A stretch of DNA of 60,496 nt. Origin: Candidatus Adlerbacteria bacterium RIFCSPLOWO2_01_FULL_51_16 (GTDB lineage: Bacteria > Patescibacteriota > Minisyncoccia > Phycocordibacterales > SBAW01). Location: NCBI GenBank assembly GCA_001775485.1, contig MEWX01000014.1, positions 29,479 to 89,974 of the forward strand. The letters are read 5' to 3'. Position numbers and translations under genes: made by a program. The number at the start of each line of letters is the position of its first letter. Position 1 is the first letter of the stretch. Below are positions 28,356 through 37,044 of this stretch, piece by piece. The notes below the pieces were generated by a model. That model ran no database searches. It was given only the letters and a program-made list of their open reading frames with translations, and was not told the origin of the DNA.

Positions 28356-30701
28356 ATGCATTCACGACTCGTTTCGTGGTCGCGTAACGCGTACCTGGCA
28401 GGCATCGTGCTTGCAATGGTCCTCGTTATCCCGACTGCATGGTTTCCGTTCCAATTATCAAAACTTAGTGCCTTCGCGCTCGCGGCACTCGTCGCGGCAG
28501 TCCTCCTGTCTCTTGCAGGAGGAGTCAAAGAACTCCTACATTCCCGTGGGGTTAGAGGCGCGTTGCTGGTCGGACTCTTGCCGCTTGTCTATTTCACCTC
28601 GGCACGGTTTGCCGTAGATCCTTCGGTTGCCTACACAGGCTCCGGCATTGAGGCTGACACCGTATTGTTTACGGTTCTTGCCTTTGTGGCGTTTCTCCTC
28701 TCGTTTACATACTTCCGCACGCTCCGGACCGCGCGGCTTCTTCTCACCGTTCTCTCCGGCGCCTTGGTTGCCGCGGTACTGTTTCAGCTTGTCTCTATTG
28801 TGTTCGGGACCAATCTTATACCCTTCCAGACCTTTGCCGACCGCTCGGTCAACCTAATCGGTAAGTGGAATGACCTAGGACTTCTTGTCGGGCTTTTGGT
28901 GATGTTTCTTCTTGTGCGAGTTGAGCTCATGGCGGGAACAAAATTCTTCCGCGTGGGAGCGGCGATTGGGTGTGCGGTGCTCGCAGTGCTTCTCGGAGTC
29001 ATCAACTTTCCGCTCATATGGGGACTCCTCCTTGCGTTCTGTGTTGCGCTCGCGTTAGTTAAATTCATCACGGAGAAAGTTCCGGAGTCGCAAGGAGAGA
29101 CCTCCGAGCAGGCATGGTTACGCCGCTTGCCGTGGTTTTCCGGCATTGTAGCGCTTGTCGCCGTTGTATTTCTCTTCTTTGGTACGGCCTTTAACACAGG
29201 GCTTACCAGCATTTTTCCGGTCTCTTCTCTTGAGGTGCGCCCTTCGTACGAATCGACTCTCGGGGTCGGGAGTGCCGTTCGCGGGAGCTCGTTTGGGCGG
29301 CTTCTTGTCGGCTCGGGCCCCAATTCGTTCGGAGAGCAATGGCTTCTGCACAAACCTTCGGAAGTGAATCAGTCGCCATTTTGGAATGTCGATTTTAATG
29401 TCGGCTTCTCGACCTTGGTCACCGCTCTTCAAACCGTGGGGCTTCTGGGGCTTCTTGCGTGGCTCGTTCCCCTGATCCTTGTGCTTGCGGGAGCGGTGCG
29501 CGCTGTGCGGCTTTCCGTTTTAGGGAAGGAGGACAGGGGGATTGCTGCGGCGCTCATCATCGGAAGCTTGTTTCTTCTTTCGGCTCTCGCGCTTTATGTT
29601 CCGAGTCCAAACCTGATTCTTCTTGCGTTTGTTCTCTCCGGCGCCGCCTTCGGCTTTCTTTGGCGGCAAGGGCAAGAGAGTGCGGGAGCTGAACACGCAT
29701 CTTCGCGCCTCAAAATGCTTCTCATGGCGGGGGCGGCGCTCGCACTTATCGCACTCACGCTTCTTGCCGCAGTGGTGATAGTGCGCCGCACCGTTTCTGA
29801 AATATTTGTGAATCGTGGTGCTCTTACGCTACAAAGCGGAAACGCTGATGCGGCATTTCAAAGTGCCGCCTCCGCTGCGCGCATTGAAACAACCGGTAAT
29901 GTGCTGCGCCTTGCCGCGAGCGCCGGCGCCCAGAAGCTTGGACAGATCGCGCAGGACACGACGCTCTCGCAAGAACAAGCGCGCGCAAGCTTCGAGTCAA
30001 CCCTTCAACAAACCATTGCGGCGGGAAACCAGGCGGCGCTCCAAAACCCCGGAGATTACCGTCCGCATCTTATCTTGGCGAGCGTGTACGACTTCTTGGC
30101 GGGGCTCAGCGTAGAGGGTGCTTACGAAAGTGCAACAGCCACGTATGCGGAAGCGGCAAAGCGTAACCCCAACAATCCAGCTGTTCCTTTTGCGCTCGCG
30201 CGCCTTGAGGGTGCGAGGGGCAATATTGCAGGGTCACGTACGGAAGTAGGAAAAGCCCTCACGCTCAAACCGAACTATACCGACGCAATACTCCTTGTTG
30301 TTCAGCTCGATATTGCGGAAAACGATATTCCCTCGGCAATTCAAGCGGCAACTGCTGCCGCGCAGACCGCACCCGGAGTCGCTCCGATATGGTTTCAGCT
30401 CGGGCTCCTCTACTATGTTGCCGGTAATGCCACAAATGCCGCATTAGCGTTCGAGCAGGCTCTCACTCTGGTCGCTGATTACGCAAATGCAAAATATTTC
30501 CTCGGGCTTTCGTACGCGACACTCAATAGAAACGATGAGGCAATAAAGCAATTCCAGGATCTCGAAAAAACGAACCCCGATAACGCGGAAGTAAAGAGTA
30601 TCCTCCAGAATCTGCAGGCAGGTAATGCTCCGTTTGAAGGGGCAACTCCTCCGGTAACGCCTCGTTCTCAAGCACAACCTCCTGCTCCCATAGAGGAGTA
30701 G
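28356..30701 (+). CDS. Polytopic membrane protein (O-antigen ligase/Wzy_C-like) with C-terminal TPR repeats
   Basis: About 12 TMs, LVGSGPNSF loop, and TPR motifs (YANAKYFLG, NPDN). Confidence 0.75.
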   Translation: MHSRLVSWSRNAYLAGIVLAMVLVIPTAWFPFQLSKLSAFALAALVAAVLLSLAGGVKELLHSRGVRGALLVGLLPLVYFTSARFAVDPSVAYTGSGIEADTVLFTVLAFVAFLLSFTYFRTLRTARLLLTVLSGALVAAVLFQLVSIVFGTNLIPFQTFADRSVNLIGKWNDLGLLVGLLVMFLLVRVELMAGTKFFRVGAAIGCAVLAVLLGVINFPLIWGLLLAFCVALALVKFITEKVPESQGETSEQAWLRRLPWFSGIVALVAVVFLFFGTAFNTGLTSIFPVSSLEVRPSYESTLGVGSAVRGSSFGRLLVGSGPNSFGEQWLLHKPSEVNQSPFWNVDFNVGFSTLVTALQTVGLLGLLAWLVPLILVLAGAVRAVRLSVLGKEDRGIAAALIIGSLFLLSALALYVPSPNLILLAFVLSGAAFGFLWRQGQESAGAEHASSRLKMLLMAGAALALIALTLLAAVVIVRRTVSEIFVNRGALTLQSGNADAAFQSAASAARIETTGNVLRLAASAGAQKLGQIAQDTTLSQEQARASFESTLQQTIAAGNQAALQNPGDYRPHLILASVYDFLAGLSVEGAYESATATYAEAAKRNPNNPAVPFALARLEGARGNIAGSRTEVGKALTLKPNYTDAILLVVQLDIAENDIPSAIQAATAAAQTAPGVAPIWFQLGLLYYVAGNATNAALAFEQALTLVADYANAKYFLGLSYATLNRNDEAIKQFQDLEKTNPDNAEVKSILQNLQAGNAPFEGATPPVTPRSQAQPPAPIEE

Positions 30702-30714
30702 TAAGTAATAGCAA

Positions 30715-32400
30715 ATGGTACGCGCATTTCTCTCCGCATTCACACACGAGGTGCGCGGGTTGCATGAGGCCGCCTATCTTCTGGCGGCCTTTGCTCTGTC
30801 TTCGCAGCTATTGGGGCTCATACGCGACCGGTTGCTCGCCGGCACCTTTGGTGCCGGCGAAACGCTAGACGGCTACTACGCTGCATTCCGTATTCCGGAT
30901 GTCTTATTTGCGACCGTTGCCTCCCTTCTCTCCCTCTATGCACTCTTACCAATACTCTCCCGCCTCGAGGAGGAGAACCAGGGCTTTGCGATTGCGTTTC
31001 TGCGGCGATCACTCCTTCTGTTTTTCGGGGGAATGGCCGTGGTCTCGGGGATAGCGTTTCTTCTCGCTCCTGTTCTTATTCCGTTTGTTGCTCCTGGAAT
31101 AGCGGAGGGGGGAGGGTATGACGATCTGTTGCTTCTGACACGTATGCTGCTCTTGCAGCCGATACTGCTCGGGGCATCTAATGTTGTTGCGGCGTTGACT
31201 CAACTCCGGCATCGTTTTTTTCTCTACGCGATATCGCCGCTTCTCTATAACCTCGGCATTATCGGGGGCATTGTATTTCTCTATCCCGTTTTGGGAATTG
31301 CGGGTTTGGGGTGGGGGGTGCTTCTTGGAGCGCTCCTGCACTTCCTCGTCCAAGCGGGGTTTTTTGCACGTGAAGGGATAAGTCAGGAGCACTTACCGCC
31401 CTCGCGTTTTTGGTCGTCGTTTGGAGAGGTACTTTGGCTTTCCGTGCCGCGCACCCTTTCGCTTGCGGCGGGGCAGATTTCACTGTTGGTGCTGGTTGCT
31501 CTCGCTTCATTATTTGCACCCGGTTCGATTGCGGTCTTTATGTTTGCATTTAACCTGCAGGCGGTGCCGTTGGCTATTATCGGCGTTTCTTACTCGGTCG
31601 CCGCATTTCCGACCCTGGCCCGACTTTTTGCCTCGGGCAGCAACAAGGACTTCCTTTGGCATCTGGAGGTGGCGCTCAGGCACATTATTTTCTGGACGGT
31701 ACCCGCGATGCTTTTGGTGATAGTGCTGCGCGCGCAATTAGTGCGCACTATCCTCGGTAGCGGTGCGTTCGATTGGGACGCGACGCGCCTAACCGCAGCA
31801 GCGCTTGCACTTTTTGTTCTTTCGCTTTCAGCACAAAGTATTACGCTCCTTATTGCGCGCGCATACTATGCCGCAGGAAAGACGGCGCTTCCTCTGCGAC
31901 TCGGCGCGCTTTCGGTCGTAGTGTCTGTGGGTTCGGCACTTCTTTTCATAACGCTCTTCCACGCCCACCCGCTTATTCGTCTCTTCCTTGAGTCAGCTCT
32001 GCGTGTCAGCGATATTCCGGGGACAACTGTGCTTATGCTTGCGCTCGGTTATGCGACAGGGGCTCTCGTGCAGGCCGGAGCAGGGCTCTGGTATTTGCGG
32101 CGTGATTTTGGAATAGCTCTTTCCGGTTTACGGGAACTCGGATTTCAAAGCTTTAGTGCGGGCATGATTGGTGGCGCCGCTGCCTACGGCACTCTCTGGG
32201 TTATGGGTGGGGTGGTTGATATCAATACCGTCTTCGGGATTGTCTCGCAGGGTTTTGTTGGAGGAATTGTAGGACTTTTAGTCACTGGCATCGTTTTGAT
32301 GCTACTAAAAAATGCAGAGTTTACCGAAGCGGTATCGGCATTCCGGAGGCGCTTCGTCGACACCCCGCCAGTTGTGTTGGAACCAACCGACGTGTCATAG
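30715..32400 (+). CDS. murJ: Lipid II flippase MurJ (MviN)
   Basis: SQLLGLIRDRLLA, YYAAFRIPD, PLLYNLGII and FPTLA. Confidence 0.9.
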   Translation: MVRAFLSAFTHEVRGLHEAAYLLAAFALSSQLLGLIRDRLLAGTFGAGETLDGYYAAFRIPDVLFATVASLLSLYALLPILSRLEEENQGFAIAFLRRSLLLFFGGMAVVSGIAFLLAPVLIPFVAPGIAEGGGYDDLLLLTRMLLLQPILLGASNVVAALTQLRHRFFLYAISPLLYNLGIIGGIVFLYPVLGIAGLGWGVLLGALLHFLVQAGFFAREGISQEHLPPSRFWSSFGEVLWLSVPRTLSLAAGQISLLVLVALASLFAPGSIAVFMFAFNLQAVPLAIIGVSYSVAAFPTLARLFASGSNKDFLWHLEVALRHIIFWTVPAMLLVIVLRAQLVRTILGSGAFDWDATRLTAAALALFVLSLSAQSITLLIARAYYAAGKTALPLRLGALSVVVSVGSALLFITLFHAHPLIRLFLESALRVSDIPGTTVLMLALGYATGALVQAGAGLWYLRRDFGIALSGLRELGFQSFSAGMIGGAAAYGTLWVMGGVVDINTVFGIVSQGFVGGIVGLLVTGIVLMLLKNAEFTEAVSAFRRRFVDTPPVVLEPTDVS

Positions 32401-32426
32401 CGAGGGGGGTGTGGTAGATTCTCTCT

Positions 32427-34202
32427 GTGCAACACATACGGAATTTCAGCATTATCGCGCATATCGACCACGGTAAATCAACCCTTGCCGACCGTTTTTT
32501 GGAGCTCACAAAAACCATAGAGAAGCGCAAAATGCGCGAGCAAGTGCTTGATTCTATGGAGCTTGAGCGCGAGCGGGGCATCACAATTAAGATGCAGCCG
32601 GTCAAAATGGTATGGAAAAACCACGTCTTCAATTTGATAGACACTCCGGGGCATATCGACTTCTCCTACGAGGTTTCCCGTGCGCTCTCTGCGGTTGAAG
32701 GCGCTATTCTTCTTGTAGATGCGACCCAAGGGGTACAGGCACAAACTCTTTCGGTTCTGCGTCAGGCAAAGGAACTAGGGCTCGTTATTGTGCCCGCTGT
32801 TTCAAAAATTGATTCTCCTCTTGCACAAACAGATGATGTCAAGAATCAGCTCGCGAAATTGCTTGAGGTATCTCCGGACTCGGTTCTTCTTTGTTCGGGT
32901 AGAACAGGGGAGGGGGTCGATGCCTTACTTCAGGCGGTTATTGAAAGAGTTCCTCCGCCAAAGGAAGGAGGAAAGCACGCCCCTCCACGCGCGCTCGTGT
33001 TTGATTTTCAGTATTCCGACCACCAGGGTGTTATCGTGTATTTGCGGATATTTGGCGGTTCGCTCAAAAAAGGGGACGCCCTCGAGTTTGCCGCAAACGA
33101 CAGGTCGTTTGTTGCTCTTGAAGTGGGTACCTTCTCCCCGGCGCCATCGCCCGCCCCGGCACTTGAGGCGGGCGCTATCGGTTATGTAGTGACCGGCATC
33201 AAAGAGCCGGGGCTTGCGCGAGTAGGAGACACGGTGCGCGGCAAAAATACTAAGTCTGCCCCGCTTGCGGGCTACGCGGAGCCGCGGCCGGTCGTGTGGG
33301 CTAGCGTGTATCCCGAGAGCCAGGATGATTTTACGAAATTGCGACAGTCGCTCTCTCGCTTGCGACTTTCCGACTCCTCGCTTTCGTTTGAAGAAGAATC
33401 TTCGGGAGTTTTGGGGCGGGGCTTCCGGTGCGGTTTTTTGGGTATGCTCCACCTTGAGATTGTTACCGAACGCCTACGTCGCGAATTTAATTTGGAACTC
33501 GTCGTCACGACCCCGACAATTTCCTACGAGGTGGAAACAAAAAATGGTGAAAAGCGCACAATATACTCGCCCTCGCTTTTCCCCGAGTACGGGCAAATCC
33601 TCTCCGTACGCGAATCACAGGTTCTCGCAAAAATAATACTCCCCGCACAATATTTGGGAAACGTTGTGTCGCTTTTATATGAACACGAGGCGAGTGTCGA
33701 GTCGACGACTAATTTTAGTGAGGGGCGCATCATGCTTGCGGTAGTGATGCCTCTGCGCGAGCTTATGCGAAATTTTTTTGACAAGGTAAAAAGTGCGACA
33801 CAGGGGTACGCCTCTATCTCGTATGAAATAAAAGAGATGCAAAAGGCAGAGGTCGCCCGCCTCGATATTCTCGTTGCCGATGAGTTGATCCCCGCATTTT
33901 CCCGCATTGTTGCGGAGGGGCGTGCTTTTGAGGAAGCAAAAGCGGCAGTAGAAAAACTCTACGGCATACTGCCGCGGAGCCAGTTTGCAACCAAAATCCA
34001 AGGGGTTGCACTCGGCCGCATCCTCTCCTCGCGTACTTTGCCGGCGATGAGTAAAAATGTTACCCAGCACATGTACGGCGGTGACAGAACCCGCAAAATG
34101 AAATTATGGGCAAAGCAAAAGCGTGGTAAAGAAAAGCTAAAAGAGCGGGGGCGTGTCAACATCCCCGGGGAGGTTTTTCTCAAAATGGTTAAGAGTGAGT
34201 AG
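32427..34202 (+). CDS. lepA: Translation elongation factor 4
   Basis: IRNFSIIAHIDHGKSTLADR, DTPGH, GFRCGFLGMLH and YGGDRTRK. Confidence 0.98.
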   Translation: MQHIRNFSIIAHIDHGKSTLADRFLELTKTIEKRKMREQVLDSMELERERGITIKMQPVKMVWKNHVFNLIDTPGHIDFSYEVSRALSAVEGAILLVDATQGVQAQTLSVLRQAKELGLVIVPAVSKIDSPLAQTDDVKNQLAKLLEVSPDSVLLCSGRTGEGVDALLQAVIERVPPPKEGGKHAPPRALVFDFQYSDHQGVIVYLRIFGGSLKKGDALEFAANDRSFVALEVGTFSPAPSPAPALEAGAIGYVVTGIKEPGLARVGDTVRGKNTKSAPLAGYAEPRPVVWASVYPESQDDFTKLRQSLSRLRLSDSSLSFEEESSGVLGRGFRCGFLGMLHLEIVTERLRREFNLELVVTTPTISYEVETKNGEKRTIYSPSLFPEYGQILSVRESQVLAKIILPAQYLGNVVSLLYEHEASVESTTNFSEGRIMLAVVMPLRELMRNFFDKVKSATQGYASISYEIKEMQKAEVARLDILVADELIPAFSRIVAEGRAFEEAKAAVEKLYGILPRSQFATKIQGVALGRILSSRTLPAMSKNVTQHMYGGDRTRKMKLWAKQKRGKEKLKERGRVNIPGEVFLKMVKSE

Positions 34203-34341
34203 CTCTAGAGTTAAAGAGCGAAGTAAGTGAGTATCATACTCGCCGCGACGATGAGCGCGACCACGATACCAAAGATGCGCACCGCCTTCTGGCCCTTTTT
34301 GCTGAATAGAAACAAGTGCATTGAGGTACAATATAACATGT

Positions 34342-34737
34342 ATGCAGGATTTCAGCAAAGTAAGACATCGCCAGGGACTTGAGTTGCTGCGGTTGTGTGC
34401 GACGGTTGCGGGTACTGTAGCCCTCGCGTTTCTGATTATTGTCTCGGCGCGTGCAGCGTGGGATATGTACGGAAAGTTTTCTGCAGCGAGCGAAAGCCGG
34501 CAGGCAGCCGAGAGCGAGCTCCAGGCTCTCCAGGAGAAAAAAGAACGAGTAGAAGCGGCAGTTGTCTCTCTTTCCTCGGAGCGTGGTGTTGAAGCAGAAG
34601 TGCGGGAGCGTTTTGGGGTTGCAAAACCCGGGGAAGGGGAAATAAAAATAGTACGCGACGAGAGTCAGGATGCCCCAGATGTTTCAAAGTCGAAAAATAT
34701 CTTTCAGCGTATTTGGGAGGCGCTTTTTGTATGGTAA
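34342..34737 (+). CDS. Septum formation initiator (FtsB/DivIC-like)
   Basis: TM + coiled coil + VEAEVRERFGVAKPGE. Confidence 0.75.
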   Translation: MQDFSKVRHRQGLELLRLCATVAGTVALAFLIIVSARAAWDMYGKFSAASESRQAAESELQALQEKKERVEAAVVSLSSERGVEAEVRERFGVAKPGEGEIKIVRDESQDAPDVSKSKNIFQRIWEALFVW

Positions 34738-34741
34738 CCGG

Positions 34742-34955
34742 TGCGAGTGGGGGGAACCCCGCAGGAAACGCTTCGCGTTCCAACGGGGCAGGTCGAACTC
34801 TGTGCGGATAGGGAGAATCGAACTCCCGCCTACTGCTTGGGAAGCAGTCATTCTACCACTAAACTATATCCGCCTGTTTTTTTGGAAGTTTACCCCGTTC
34901 ACTTTGCGAAGCAAAGTTGTTCGGGGCATCTGTTCTGCCACTAAACCACACTCGC
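34742..34955 (-). pseudogene. Fragmented tRNA-Gly(TCC)-like gene enclosing an intact tRNA and two hairpin insertions
   Basis: Minus strand reads GCGAGTG-TG-GTTTAGTGGCAGAAC (acceptor + D arm) ... CTTCCAA ... GAGTTCGA ... TTCCCC-CACTCGC-A (3' acceptor strand). Confidence 0.7.
34803..34873 (-). tRNA. tRNA-Gly(CCC)
   Basis: GCGGATA/TATCCGC acceptor, ACTGC-TTCCCAA-GCAGT anticodon arm and GTTCGATTC. Confidence 0.95.
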
Positions 34956-35002
34956 AGGATATTTATATCTCGTGCAAGTGAATTTTATGCTATAGTTTTG
35001 GT

Positions 35003-35245
35003 ATGGACAAGCATGTCACCATTTATTCAACGCCGACCTGCCACTTTTGCAAAATGGCAAAAGATTTCTTTACTGAAAAAAATGTTCCCTTTACTGCCTA
35101 CGATGTCGCGGCCGACGCCGCAAAGCGTGCCGAGATGATAGGCCTAACCGGCCAGCTCGGCGTCCCCGTCATTGTTATCAATGATGAAATCCTGGTCGGC
35201 TTTGATAGAGAGAAGCTTGCTGCTAAACTAGGCATCCAAGCGTAA
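35003..35245 (+). CDS. Glutaredoxin-like NrdH/YruB redoxin
   Basis: YSTPTCHFC, GQLGVPV and VGFD. Confidence 0.92.
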   Translation: MDKHVTIYSTPTCHFCKMAKDFFTEKNVPFTAYDVAADAAKRAEMIGLTGQLGVPVIVINDEILVGFDREKLAAKLGIQA

Positions 35246-35322
35246 AGTCGCCATAAGCATAGCTCGTGACGGCTCGCTCGGGAAAAATGAAGATATGGTA
35301 TCTTCATCTTGTCCCTCGCTTC

Positions 35323-35394
35323 GCCGCCATAGTTCAATGGATAGAACAGCCCCGTCCTAAGGGGTAAATGTGGGTTCGATTCCTGCTGGCGGCA
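35323..35394 (+). tRNA. tRNA-Arg(CCT)
   Basis: GCCGCCA/TGGCGGC acceptor, GCCCC-GTCCTAA-GGGGT anticodon arm and GTTCGATTC. Confidence 0.93.
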
Positions 35395-35409
35395 TGATAA
35401 CATTGTCTC

Positions 35410-35664
35410 GTGGACGCTGAAATAGACGAGTTGAGGGAGCTGGTGCAGCGGAATATAAAAATTACCGAGGATACCAACAAGGTAGTCCACGGTATGCGCC
35501 GCTCTATGCGTTTTACCCGCGTGCTAAAACTCCTGTGGTGGGCGACGCTTATCGGTATATCAAGTGCCGCATACCTTATCTACTTTCAACCCTACGTTGT
35601 GCAGATACAGCAGTTCTACGGTAACGCGCAAAATATACTTGAAAATTTTCGTCCAGGACAATAG
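35410..35664 (+). CDS. Single-TM hypothetical protein
   Basis: GTG start after a TAACAT -10-like box; helical N-terminus plus TM. Confidence 0.65.
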   Translation: MDAEIDELRELVQRNIKITEDTNKVVHGMRRSMRFTRVLKLLWWATLIGISSAAYLIYFQPYVVQIQQFYGNAQNILENFRPGQ

Positions 35665-35675
35665 CTGGCTTTTTG

Positions 35676-35748
35676 TGCTTGGGGCCGGGATCGAACCGGC
35701 GACCTCACCCTCTTCAGGGGCGCGCTCTACCAACTGAGCTACCCAAGC
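35676..35748 (-). tRNA. tRNA-Phe(GAA)
   Basis: GCTTGGG/CCCAAGC acceptor, AGCTCAGTTGGTAGAGC D arm and CTGAAGA loop. Confidence 0.95.
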
Positions 35749-35791
35749 AATTTGGGCATTCTACTACACCCCAGACCCTAGTGACTAGACC

Positions 35792-36280
35792 CTAATTTGA
35801 TTTAACCTTGAGTTTTGCTTGGCGGCCTTTGTCTACCTTTGGCAAGCGCACGGTAAGGAGGCCGTGCTTTTCGGTTGCCTCCGCTTCCTCTATCTCAACC
35901 TCTTGAGGGAGCACCACCGTGCGGGCAAAGGAGCCCCAATAGAGCTCCTGGAAAAAGAAGTCGCCGCTAGTGCCTTCGGTATGTCTCTCGCGCTTTCCCC
36001 GAACGGTTACCATGTCGCGTGTTATTGAAATGTCTAAATCCTCCGGCCGCACTCCCGCTATCATCGCTTTGATGACGATATGGGTCGGAGTTTGGTACAC
36101 GTCCACAGCCAACTCTCCGTCTATTTGTTCTTCCGGGACCTCGGCCATGGCGCGCTTGTCAACCCGTGCGGGAGCACCTCCAAAACCGTTACCGCTTTCT
36201 ATATCCTCAAAAGAGTAGTCGGTATCAGCCTCCGCTCCGCCGGTTAGCCAATCAAACAAGGATCGTTTTTTTCGTGCCAT
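35792..36280 (-). CDS. Hsp20/alpha-crystallin small heat-shock protein
   Basis: LAVDVYQT, AGVRPEDLDI, ELYWGSFARTVVLP and GLLTVRLPK. Confidence 0.93.
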   Translation of the reverse strand: MARKKRSLFDWLTGGAEADTDYSFEDIESGNGFGGAPARVDKRAMAEVPEEQIDGELAVDVYQTPTHIVIKAMIAGVRPEDLDISITRDMVTVRGKRERHTEGTSGDFFFQELYWGSFARTVVLPQEVEIEEAEATEKHGLLTVRLPKVDKGRQAKLKVKSN

Positions 36281-36285
36281 TGTAA

Positions 36286-36356
36286 TTAGTTTCTAGGGGC
36301 TAGGTTTTAGTGATTAGGTTTTAACTAGAAGCTGAAAGCTAGAAGCTAGTAGCTGG
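36286..36356. repeat. Degenerate 7-bp tandem repeats (CTAGnnn)
   Basis: TTAGTTT CTAGGGG CTAGGTT TTAGTGA TTAGGTT ... CTAGAAG CTGAAAG CTAGAAG CTAGTAG. Confidence 0.75.
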
Positions 36357-36357
36357 C

Positions 36358-37044
36358 TCAGCAGTAGTCTCGAGCGGGGCGCTTGACGCGTTCAGTGAGT
36401 AGTAAAACCGAGAGAATTCCAAACCAGATCGTGAGAAACACCCAAAACGTAACGCCGCTCCCAGCCCCTAGTATAAAAAAGTTAAATATCGTATGCAAGA
36501 CAATGGCAAGGACAACTCCAAGGAGTACGGCGAGCCGGCGTGTCTCGGCGCTTCTGTAAAAAGAGAGTGCGAGCGCCAACCCGACCGTCGCCGAAGAGAG
36601 TGTGTGGAGCAGCGTTGCTCCGATAAAGCGCAGATCTCCGGTCACTATGGTGCGCAACACGTCTCCTTGCTGCAGAGGCCCCCAAAGAAAAAGTGCATTC
36701 TCAAGCGCAGAGAAGCCAAGCGCCACGGTGACCAAGTAAATGATAGCGTCGAGCGGCTCGTCGTATGCCCGCGAGCGCAGAGCTATAACATATGCAGCGC
36801 CAAACTTGAGTATCTCCTCAAGGGCGGCCCATACAAGGAGGAGCATTGTGCCGGTAAAATAGCCGACCGCGAGCCGCTCGAGCGGTAACACGAGTGCCAC
36901 CGCGGCCATTCCACCGAGAAAGGAGAAAAAGATATAGCGCTTTGGCTCCGGCTCACAACGGTCCTCCATGAGCCAGAAGAAAAGCCACAAAAGTGCGGGC
37001 AGAAGCCCCCCTAAGAATGCAACGAAAATTAACGGAGAGGCCAT
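36358..37044 (-). CDS. PrsW-family intramembrane metalloprotease
   Basis: EPEP, EEILK, GFSALEN, H and H..FN motifs. Confidence 0.9.
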   Translation of the reverse strand: MASPLIFVAFLGGLLPALLWLFFWLMEDRCEPEPKRYIFFSFLGGMAAVALVLPLERLAVGYFTGTMLLLVWAALEEILKFGAAYVIALRSRAYDEPLDAIIYLVTVALGFSALENALFLWGPLQQGDVLRTIVTGDLRFIGATLLHTLSSATVGLALALSFYRSAETRRLAVLLGVVLAIVLHTIFNFFILGAGSGVTFWVFLTIWFGILSVLLLTERVKRPARDYC

